64,000 nucleotides of DNA from Hydrolagus affinis (lineage: Eukaryota), in NCBI GenBank assembly GCA_012026655.1, contig JAAILG010000107.1, positions 1 through 64,000 of the forward strand, written 5' to 3'. Under the pieces are notes generated by a model. It was given only the letters and a program-made list of their open reading frames with translations. It was not told the DNA's origin and did no database searches. Below, piece after piece: positions 48,301 to 60,300 of this stretch (its first letter is position 1; each line of letters opens with the position of its first letter). The position numbers and the translations under genes were made by a program.

Positions 48301-51300
48301 CTTTGTCGTCAAACTGTCAGTCAGCTGTGCAGTCAGCTCATATGACAGTTACATTTTGCAGCTAACAAGATTTGCTAAGAAATCTTCCATTGTATTTAAT
48401 TACCAAGTAAGTGATTAATTCTTTTTTATTTCAGGTAGCAAAATAATTCCAATTGGATAAGAGCGTGTGATAGTGCTAGGAACTGCTACTTAGTGGGCAG
48501 ATGAATACTCATTATTAATTCACTTTCAGTTGTATCTATTGTCACACAAGTGCTGTGTGGGTTGTGGGGGGGGTAAAGGACCTCAGATAGGAGTGTGTTT
48601 TGGAGGTTAAAAATATATAGGATTTAGTGAACTATTATAATCAATACTAAGAATCAATTTTTTTGTGTAATGCTAAATTGTGTGTGTGTGAATATCAGTG
48701 GTAGCTGGTGGTGAGGTTGAGAATAACAGTGAAAGTACCTGGGAAAGCTCAAAGATATTGCTGGATGCTTGGAAAGTCTCTGTGAAGCCTGCGGTGAGCT
48801 CCAATTCGGATTGGATTTTGTTTTGAGTTGCAAAAGCTAGAAGAATATTTTCTTCCTATAATTAAGGCTTGTTAAGCTGTGCAGAGAATACAAACAATTA
48901 AAGCATTTCAAATTCATTTCTCTTAATTCTGTTCTCTAATCCACCTTCACATATGAAAATACTAAACCAGATACAAGTTGCTTAGTTGAAAAGCTGCATA
49001 GGATTTAAGTACTCATGAGTTGAAGAGAATCCAAATCAGGATTAGGGAATTGCATTTTGCTGTGGCCAACATCTACTAATAGAACCAAATACAGGTAAAC
49101 CTCTATTTAGGACAGAGTTATGTTCCTGAAAAACCATATCTAGATCGAAACGTCCTAAATCGAAACGCGATTTCCCATGCAGTCCCATTATATAACCAGA
49201 GATGCGTTCTTTTCACAAAATTTTCGGACCTTAAATCCATTAAATAACACACAAAACCACACAACATAACACACATAGGCAAGAAGGGGTATTTGGGGTA
49301 ACTGTACAGTATTGTATTGTAATACTGGCAAACTTTAATACAATACACTACTGGCAAACTTTAATACTGGCAGTGTGACTTGCAGCTTCCCCACTCATCT
49401 TGATGTTGTGCAGCCCATTGCGTCTTTTAAACCTTTGAAACCGCCCTCTGCTAGCACTGAAAGATGGTGCCGTTGAGCCTTCTCCTTCCTGATCATTTAA
49501 CTCCCTAAACAATATTTTGCCTTCTCTTGGATAACCATGGTTTTGAGTGGTATATTACGCTGGTTCTGATCCTCAATCCAGACACTCAGATTCTTTCCAT
49601 GTTTTCTACCACATCAATTCTATGTTTTGCTAATCTGCTTGCATCTATAGCTGTAACACACCTTGAACTTGCCAGTACATTGTCCTTATTCTGGTTTATA
49701 GCAGCCACCGTTGATCTAGCTAGCTCTAAAGCCCTCCCGATGTCCGTAACTTTTTTGCCAGAATCGATGAGTTTTATCACCTCCAATTTTGTATTTAAAG
49801 TGATGACCTTGCGGGGTTTCTGGCCGCTAGCGGTATTACCGCTGCTTATTTCACTTACTGCTGTCTCTCCCCGACTTGCTAGAATAGCAGAGGCTGTAAA
49901 TCGCTCAGGAATGTTCGGAAATTACTGTAATACTGAACGTGGCATGATGTCGCTTCAAAATCAACTGGCTTTTAAACAATGACTCGGCGACATGATGTTG
50001 GCCAGTTCAAATGCTTGGATTTACCCGCGAGTACGCTATGGACTGTGCATTTGGACAAAAACGACCGCAATATTCAATGTATTGAATACAATGTATTGTG
50101 CATTCGCAAACAAAAATTTAATTCGTTAAAACTAATCCAAGTGCCCCATATCGATCAAAAGGTGTTAAAAAATTATGGTCCTTCAACCGAAATGTCCTAA
50201 ATAGAAGCGTCCTAAATAGAGGCTTACCTGTATAAGTAAATGGAGCCGGCACTTAGATTATACAGCCAGGGGTAAACACCATCATTATCACCATTAAATG
50301 GTTGGGTTTTGGACATCATTTGTCTTTTGGTCGCAGCATCCATCATAGGGTTGAAAATTATTGTTTATTGCAGATTGCACAACATCTGATTGCATTATTT
50401 CAGCTTTATAGCTACAATGCTTGTCATGTTGGAGCTTTTTTTTTCCAAAAAAATATCCCATTTTGACAATAGGCACAGTACTGCAGATGGAATGTATACC
50501 ATATTAATGGAATAAGAAGTCCTATTTTGCAACATCAGAATTTATTTTAATATGTTGAGCTTTTGTTCGTAATGCTCCAATAGGTATGAATTAATAGCTT
50601 GACCTACTTTCAACATTTTTCTTTGGATTGTTTAACTGTAATGAAGAATGTTTTTAACAATTTCATATTAAGCTTAGCTGATCATTTTCTGTTTCAGCCA
50701 ACATTGTGTACTTTCTGTACTTTACTTTGGATTGTGTACTTTCTGTACTTTACTTTGGATTGTGTACTTTCTGTACTTTACTTTGGACCATGGATATTGC
50801 ACTGGGCCTTTGGGTTACATTTTCCCAAGTGAATTCTAATAAAGCGTTGTCTTATACTTAATGCAGTTGTGTAAATTTATTGATGGAAATTGATTGTTGT
50901 ATCATCGGGTTTGTCTATCCTATAAGTAGGGTCAGGTTTGAAGTTGAGCATATTGGTAAATCAATTGCAATTCAGTTTCACAGTACTTCTAGAGCAGTTG
51001 TGAACCCAGTCTGTAGATGCCAAGTAGTAGTTTTTTTAGACAGTAAGAATACACAAAATATATACAACCTTGTGGAATCCTGCAGCTTATTGGTTGAGCA
51101 CTCGCGTTGCAAGTGAGAGGACCTGGGTTCTGTTCCCAGGCAATTTGTTGGGCAAGTTTACTTACACTATCCACATGCTTCTGTTTACCCAGCAGTAATT
51201 GGGAACCTGGTTGTTAGCTGATTAGCGCATCACTTTTCCAGCGGTAATAACCCCAACTGTAAATGAAAAAAAATTCACTCAATCCACGACTGTTTGTAGG

Positions 51301-54300
51301 ACGCCGCTGTGCACTAGTGGTGTTTCGCCCACAAAATATACAGTTAATTTATTGTATATTCTGTGAAGTGCATTGAGACCGTCATGATAAACTGCTATTA
51401 TCAGTTGCAAGCATTATATTATTATCATCCTTTAATTTTTTTATGGTGCACAGAACCAACTAAATTTGTGGGAGAGGGAATAATTTTTGCTGTTTCTTTA
51501 CTAAGTGCAGTATATAACTTCAAACTTTTGTATTTCGTAAAAGTAGTTCTTTTTATTTATTGTTTATAAATGTAAATGTTTGTCTTATACAGACAAAGTG
51601 TCTGATTAGATTGTCAAACTTCCAGAATTGATTTGCTGTCTTTTGATTGTGGTGTCTTGCCAATATGTAAACTGATACAGTAAAGCATGTTCCCCTCTCC
51701 ACACTTCCGTTTCCATCCTACCTTTCATAGTCTTAAGTCTTTTCTTTCATTCTTACTCTCCTACAGCCAAATTAAATCTTAATTTTGATGAAAGCTACCA
51801 TAGACAACCAGTACTCAGTGTCAAGTAAAATATTCTCCTCACTGACAAAGTAGAGCAAATCCTATTCAACATAACTAATCAATCCCTATTATTCTACTTA
51901 ATAATCTTTGTTCTTAGAAGAATAAATGATCAACTATCTGCACAACAGATGTGCCCAGCATAAGTGAGATTTTTATATTCACTCCTTCAGAATTTGGGCT
52001 GTATTTCTGACATTTCTTTGTTTATTTCATTGCTACACCAACCACCTGTTTTCTCCCCACCCTCCCATCCAACATAATTATTCCTCCCACTTTAAAGAGA
52101 AATTTTTTTGTAAAGACAGAGGCAAAACAATATGTACCCAGCTAACGTACATTAAAACAGTTTTTATTATTTGTTTTGGATTTCTCAATCATGTTTACCA
52201 ATCCCACATATATACTGTCCATTTTAACTGACCAGATATTCTGGGTGATGCAGGATATAGTGTAGCATGTCTGCTATAAAATGTTGATGGTAATGCAAAC
52301 ACTGATTATAGGCTTTGTGGCAATTGTTCACGGATTGAAGCCACTTGAGATGATATTCATTTAAGAAATGTATGCAGTTACACTGTCATTCTCGTCAAGT
52401 GATCTTTCTCTTCACTCCTCCTCACCCCCATTCCTTGTAGAATATCCACCCTTATTCTGGACTGCAGTATCAATTTTTCTCTCATTGGCAGCAGCAAGAA
52501 CTGGATGTTGTGTGTGTATACAGCAACTGCTTGCAATTTATAGAACCCAATAGTTCAGTGGTTAGAGCACTTGCCTTGAAAGCGAGAGACCTGGGTTCGA
52601 TTCCAGGCAGGGCAAAACCTTGGGCAAGTTTCCTTACTCCACACATCTAATAATAATCCCTCCAAAAAAGCAATAATAATTTGGTCACTCAATCTACAAC
52701 TGTTTGTGGGACACTGCTGTGTGCAATAATTGGCTGCCAGCGTTTCGCCCACAAACATAGTCAATTCACTTTACAGTATATTCTGTGAAGCATTTTGAGA
52801 CATCTAAAAGACATGAAAATCGCAAATGCAAGGATTATTATTAGTATTATAACCTGCCACAGCCAATCTAAAGCAGATCTGCTCTGCTCTACTGATCTTT
52901 AGCCTCCAGCCTGTTTCTATTTTCAAAGCATGCATTAAATGTCATAGACTCTTCCGAGTGATCAATTACCCTTAATATTGGCTTGTGCTATCTCTTGACA
53001 TTACACAACTTCTGGAAAGAGTGAATCCTGCGGTGAAACTCAACAAAAAAAAGTTGTCTCGCTATTTCAAGGAAGCCAAATAACTTCTAGGTATTCAAGT
53101 GACCCTTCATCATCCCTCTTGTTACCTTTGTCTCTACTTTGAACATTAACATTACCAAAAGCAAAACAGTTTTATCAACTGATGCTCCACCATTGTCAAG
53201 TGCTCTGGGATGCTACCCTGCATAACATAGCTATATAAATACAACTTGCTGTTGTTGGTGTTGAGAACAAAACTATAAACAATTAATTTATTCCTGACTT
53301 GTATCTCTAAATGTTAGAGATACAAGTCAGTATCAAGGCTTTGGTACTGTGATGCCATAGGGTAGGCAGTATGTGTATTGCCTGTCTTTGTCTAATTTAA
53401 AGAAAGGCAACCCTAGATATATTTTTAAAGGCATTAAGAACTGTAGTTTTGACTTGAAGTTCACATTTATTCCATTGAAAAAATGTATCTTGTTTGCCTA
53501 CAAATGCAGAGTCACTACTGCACTTCACAATGCATCCTGTGACATGATGTGGCGATGTTCCAACAAAGTGATAAGGCGCGATATCAAATGTAAAGATTAT
53601 TACATTTTGAGTAGTGATTCTTGTTGTAAAGAAAATTCTTAAAACTGACCCCAAAAGGTTACTTTTTAAGCCATTTCAGTGCTAGAATGACTAAGGTAAA
53701 CATTGAAATGAGATCAAACTTTGATTCTTTTTAAAAAGTCAAATAGAGCTGCTAGGCATGTATGAGTTATCTTCTCCTCAATGCTGACAGCCTGATCATG
53801 CCCGGTCAAGATAACTCATTCTCAGCCAGGAAAGGTTAAGATTTTACATTGCATTGCTATTCCTGTCATTTGAGGTCTTTGCTGGTTTCTCCATTGAAAG
53901 ATTTGTGATTCCGAATGAGGCCTTTTTATGTGGAATTGAAGGAAAAGATCAGCCAGCCAGCAGTATAAAGGATGCATATTTCTTGCATAAACCATGTTTC
54001 CGACTAATTCTTCTTCCAATGGATACTTGCAAAACCTTATTGCACGTGGAGCTTGAACTTTCAAGAAATCTAAAATCACACCTACATTAGGAAACCAATG
54101 TTATTTAATCATCTACATGAAGACCATGCAATTTTGTTCCTATTACATTCAAAAACCACAATCTACTTATTCTTCTAGTTGATCCTTTCTGACTTGGCAT
54201 TGTAGTTTGTTTAAAAATGGCAGAATAGTTGATAATAATGATACCTACCAAGTATACCAGAGAAACGTTTGATTTGAAACTGGCTTTTTTTTTAGCCACA

Positions 54301-57300
54301 TTAATATCAAGAAAGAAAACGTATTTCAAGTAAAACCTTGATAATCCGGCTCGGTTGGGCCTACACACCTCCTGGATTTGGGAGTTTGCTAGTATTTAGA
54401 AATCTACAAAGAAATGTCAGGGGAAGCACTGCCGCATACACTACATGTGCTGTAAACATAACACTGAAGCGAAAAAATGCCCGAGCTCCAACCATAGCAC
54501 TGAATGACAGAGTGGCGACGCTGTGAACTACAAGCAGCTGTTCTGAACTTCGGATTTTTTCCAACATCGGGAAAAAATCTATTACTGTTATTTTGAAATC
54601 TTACCGGTTTTAAGGGGTTGTGGGCTTTCGGAATGTCGGATTATCGAGGTTTTACTGTACCTCATTTGTGTGCATATGTGAATCCACGTGCATTGCGTTG
54701 TTAGATGCACATAGAAGGAATGTTTGTTGCTGTTCTGAGCATAAGCAAGAATTCACTTGAAGGTGGCTTAATGTTTCGCAGCATTTCCAATACCGGGGCA
54801 GGATAGTACGAGTTGTGAGTGTTTCTGTGACATCTGTCATGATTAGCCTGCAAGCCATTGAAATGAAGTGTCACACCATCCTCCATACTGTGCTCTGTGT
54901 AGCACTTAGTTCAGTAGTGTGTCTAGGGACTGTAAGTTCATCCTCATTCATCTGCTAGTCACCATTTAGTTAGTGAAACCATACGTGCCTTATCCCCACC
55001 ATTATAGAGATAAATTGGAAAATGAGAAAGTAGAAAAGCATGAGTTTTCTTTCTGGTTTGGAATTTTAAAAATTAAAGACACTCTTGACTGATAAATACA
55101 CAGCAACAAATCATATGAGCTTGGTATTTTTTTTCCTCAAGTTTTAAAAAGTTTATAATATATCTAGTTGAATCAATTTGCCATTTGGCTGTTCAACCAT
55201 TGTTGGAAATGCACAGAAAATTGTTTACATATGTGAAAAAAATGTAAGGGGTCATTTAGAAGCTGGAAAAGGAAATTAAGTTTAAGTTGCTCATTAGCAA
55301 CCTACTTAAGAGAAATTTACCCCAGGTTCCAATTTACAGATTTAAAGCCAGTGGAAAAGTAACATTTCTTGAGCACTTTTGCATGTAGGATCCTAAACAG
55401 TGGTTCATTCAATTCTTTCAGGCGATTGATTTATAGACTCCATTGAAAGTTGAATATTTTCAAACGTTAGATGTTCGGCTCATTTAAATCCTAAGTTATT
55501 TTGATCTAAGTTTGTGTCCCACATATGTTCAGTTTTAGATAAACGGTTTCCTTAATGGAATGAATGAAAACATAAAAATGAGATATGCAGCACATTGTGG
55601 TTGAACATTTTTAATTATGATTCTAAATTGTAGCTTATGGTGATATTTTATGTTTATCAGGTAAGTGTTCCACAATGTTTTATTTACAGGAACCATAGAA
55701 GTTCCTTTTAAACAATTTTTTTGAAATTTCTAAATTTAACTGAACATTGCAGGCTTCATTTCACAGCAAATAATACATGTTAATATTCCTGCCCCATGTA
55801 CAGTTGTCCACATACAATTTTTTAATGTCAAAAGAAATAATACAGTCACGATAATTATACACCTTGTGTGTATATACACCTTGTTAAAATCCAAACTAAA
55901 TTATTTGCTGCTTGTATGTGAAAGGTTTCTGCACCTCGCAGGTGTAATTGTACAACTTAGTATTTACGAGTTTCAGATAATTTTTCCACTTGGAAGCTGC
56001 TGTCCACAGCCAGTCACTCATGTTGTCAATCAATCGCACTCTGACATTCCTGACAAAACATTTCAGTGGTGATGCGATGGCACTTAAATGACAGTTACAA
56101 CATTTCAGATTACCTTTTTAAAAATGGGTTATGAAGACATTTCTTTTTAACTCTTAAAGGCAAATTTCAATTTGTTGCTTTTGATGCTCCTTTTTCATTG
56201 AAGGGGTCACTTAGTGTACCTAATATTCATTAAATATATTCAATTCAACAATAAATCTTAATGAAATAGATATCCCAAGAAAGTCATGGTTTTTGGAACA
56301 TTAGGTAAATGAAATGCTGTAATGGACATAATTAACGAAGTACAGTGAAAGATTAGAGTTTAGCACTTTAGTAGGAATAATGTCTGGAACATGGTGTGCA
56401 AGCATCATTCTCTTGTCTCCATGCCCACAAAAATATCTCCCTGTTGAATTGTATGCTGTCTCCATCTTAGAAAGGAAATATTTTTTTTTAAAAACAAGCA
56501 TCCAGTTACAATTAATGAACAGAATATGAAATGAGCTTTTGGAAGAGAGGGTGGAGGATGAAATTGCAATTGTAAAAGATTTTGGTATTCCATTGAATAC
56601 GGTGTATTACATTGAATTGTCACTAAGCATTACATGGCAATTGTGGGAACTATATGGATCCCTATAAAGAGCTGAGAGCAGAAGTGTCTCACACACTGCT
56701 TTATTCACTCTAAATTCCTTGTACTTCTTCCTCATTGTTTGCCACTCAGATTGCTGGAAATGCAAGTTTGTTATAAGAACAGTATTGCTGAGCATACAGT
56801 GATGTACTGCTTTGAGTATCGGTGAAGGAGAAATAATATGACTAACTTAACAATTTTAAATTCATATTTGGATCAATGTTTATACTGTTGTGACACTGTC
56901 CAATGGTATTCAATTAATAATAAACCTTGCATTTGATGCAGAGGGATCAAATGTAAGGATTATTATATCATTATTATTAGCATGGCTACCAAATACCTCA
57001 AGCTTGTCAGGATTTACTGTAAAATGTAGTGAGTGTATTTGTGGGCAAATTGGCAGTTGACAGAGTAGGCTCTCTTTTTTTAAATATATTCACAATATTA
57101 AGTGATATACATTGCATCTTATGGTTCAACCAGAAGCTGGTACTGGTATTGAAGTCCACAATTTTCTCCAGTGGATAATGGCCACACATCCAACATAGAG
57201 GAAACTGAATACATTCGAGAGATCATTATTCAGATTTCAACATCAACTCCTTCCACTTTTGTACTTGAAAGGCTGTTTTTTTTCACACAGCACATATACT

Positions 57301-60300
57301 ATCTCCAGCTCTGTAGTTGATCGACTTTTATTGTCATTGGAGCAAATGTCATTAAATAGGACAATGAATGCCCTCAATAACGTATGTATAGAGGTGCTGC
57401 ATCTTACTCAAAATAAGATCAGGGAAATGTGAGGACATGATTATAAGATAAAGAGGACTCAATCTTGACTTGAATTTAAGGAATAAAGAATGTTGTACAT
57501 GTCAATGTATGGAATACACTACCACCAAATGTAATTACCAAGTCAATTGAATAATACATAAGGGAATTGGATCAATCCTGATTCAACAGGGAGTAAAGGA
57601 ATATAAAAGTAGGAAAAAGATGGCATTTCTCAGATCAAGTCCTAGATTTTTCTCATTCCTATTCCTCACGGTTTGTAATATTCTGAGGGCAAATAAAACA
57701 TTGGACATTGTAATATTTTCTGGACAAAGGATTTAAACAAAAACAATAAAACAATCTCATAAATGTAAATCACTGTTGTGATGCGGTCTGTTTCAACCAA
57801 TTTAACAATCCGCATTTTACCATGTCATTTGGCCAGAATAGGATTAGCCAGGTAAATTAAACTACAGAGACATGAGGGCCAAATCAGTGACTTTTTCGTT
57901 GTGGCTCAGATTCCAAAATATTTGCTCTATTTCAGACTCATTACAGTGCTTTTTCTTTTGTGCTTATACTTGTGACCCCTGTGGCTGATTGTGGATTTTT
58001 CTTAAAGCTACATGACTAATGCTTTGTTCCCTCAGTCTAGCACTGCGACTTTTATAATGGCAAGCATCTCTTGAAGCCTAACATTTGAATTTTCATTGTA
58101 TTAAAGGTCAGGAATAGGGTGCAGAACAAAGTGGATTTACTGTGTTTGCATCTGTTTTGCAGCTGTTTTGGTATCTCCTTTAACCTCTGCTTCAGCCACC
58201 CTTCTCATATCTTCTATTAGATCTAATAAATCGGTTCTGTCATTACACAGATGTTGCACAGTTAGGGACATTCAACTTGTTTTTGAATGATTGTTCAGGG
58301 TGCTGGCACAGTCATGATATGCTTCACAGCATATGCATAACATTTCTGCTTAACTCTGATTTTTTTCCTTCTTGAATATTGCATCGGCAGAATTTTGAAA
58401 GGGACGTGCAGATTCATTCGTGGTTTTCATAATCCCAAATTTGCACGCTGTAGTGTCTCAGGAAATGCAGGAGATAAATGCCTGATCATGCTGGGTTCGC
58501 TTGGTTAACACTGTATATAGATTCAGGGTCTCAGTTGCTTATTAAAGTATTCATTACTGCAAATTCTAGGCTTGCATTTCATTTTTGGGCTAATCTAGGG
58601 ATGCCTATAATTTACATTGAAATGTTAAAAATATCAAATGTAATTAAAACTATGTGCACATTACTTAAATTAGATTTTTCTGGTTATTCAAAACCAAATA
58701 TAGCATTCTTAAAAAGACTGCTATCTGCTTGTTTTTGCTTATTCTTTCCTGTTGCAGAAATTGCTTATTTTATTGAAATGGGTGAACTTTTAATCCTTTG
58801 ATTTTAGCTGAGTTGATGTAATTCATAAAAAAAATGCCATTTCTGCTTGTGGGTCACAATGATGTTTTCATGAATCCTTCTAATTTAGCGGGCAGTCCGG
58901 CTTCTTTAGGAATAGTTTGTGGACGAGTGCAGGTTTAGCATTTGCTTGGGGTCTTTATTGACTAAACAGAATTACACATCTGGGTTCTCCTATGCTAAAA
59001 TGTAACTACTACTTAAGGAGCATAGATATCAAAACATATGCTTTACAAATAAACTGTTTAAAGTCGAGGGAATGAAATGGGGAAAAGTGGCTGAAAGCTT
59101 GCACACCAAATACAGCGCTTTTGTTGAAAGAACAGGGGAGTAGGGTGGGGCAAGGGCTCAATGGTATTTGAGGGCAAGTCAATTTGCTGGGGACAAGGGT
59201 GTCAGGAATTTGTTCCAAAGAACCATTTGAAGGTATTGATTATCCGTTGTGTAAATAAATACTTCATGATATCTGTGCTAAAATTGCCCTTCAAAACTTT
59301 CGCATCTTATCTTACTGCCTTGGCTTATATTCCGTGATCAATTAACTCCTTCCTTTCAATATACTGTATTGCTTTTTTCCATCTACTTATGTACACTAAA
59401 CTGTATTTCTGCTCTGAATGTCATAGGCATTGATGATCTGTCAGAATATTAAAACCAAACTTTATTTTGGCTATTTGGACCATAGCATAATACTACAAAG
59501 TCTAAATAATTACCGCACCCTTCTGTTTAGTTTGCCTTAAAAAGGTTGTAGTATCTGATTGGAGATGCACATTTTGAATAATGATAACAGAATGCTTTCA
59601 TCAACTTTTCCTTTTATTTCAGTACATTTGGAGAAATAAAGACATTGCGACTGCCAAAGAAAATGGGTGGAACTGGCACACACAGAGGCTTTGGATTTGT
59701 TGATTTTCTCACTCGACAAGATGCAAAGGTATAGAACCTCATAGAATATAAATCATTTTACCCTTTTCTTACCAATTACCTGTTGCTGCCACAAAACAAA
59801 TAATTTCAGAACTTGCCTTTTCTAACTCATCTAGTATGTACTTTACATTCTATGCAAATAGAGGAGAACCAGAAAGTAGATATGATAGGGAATCCATTTT
59901 TCAATCCATTGTTCAATGATTTGTTATTCAACTCTTAATTCTGAAGAAAAAATTATAAACTTTGTGAGAAGGATGGGTTCCAGCAGGTCATTTTGAGAAT
60001 TTTGTCAGCCTTTCCATGGTTCTTACATTTTGAATTGCATAAAAAATTTGCCATATGAGTAAATTGGCTGGATATTTATGGTTTTAATACTGGAAATTAA
60101 CTCTCATAAATATTGTTGAATTAACCATTTTTTCAGAGGTCTTTTGACATGAAAGCTAAAGGGTTAGTATTGCTGAAATAGATTATTATTGAATAATTCC
60201 AACTGTGGGGCATAGCAGATTTAATGATGTGTATGTTAACTAAAATATTTCTTCTATCTTATTGTGCAGTGTTATATACCTGGAGCTTTCAGTAAATTGG

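Noticed and set aside
49527-49982. 151-aa + strand ORF
   Set aside because: Antisense shadow of the Tigger transposase remnant
50703-50787. CRISPR-like array
   Set aside because: The 28-bp units are contiguous with no spacers, and the DNA is eukaryotic
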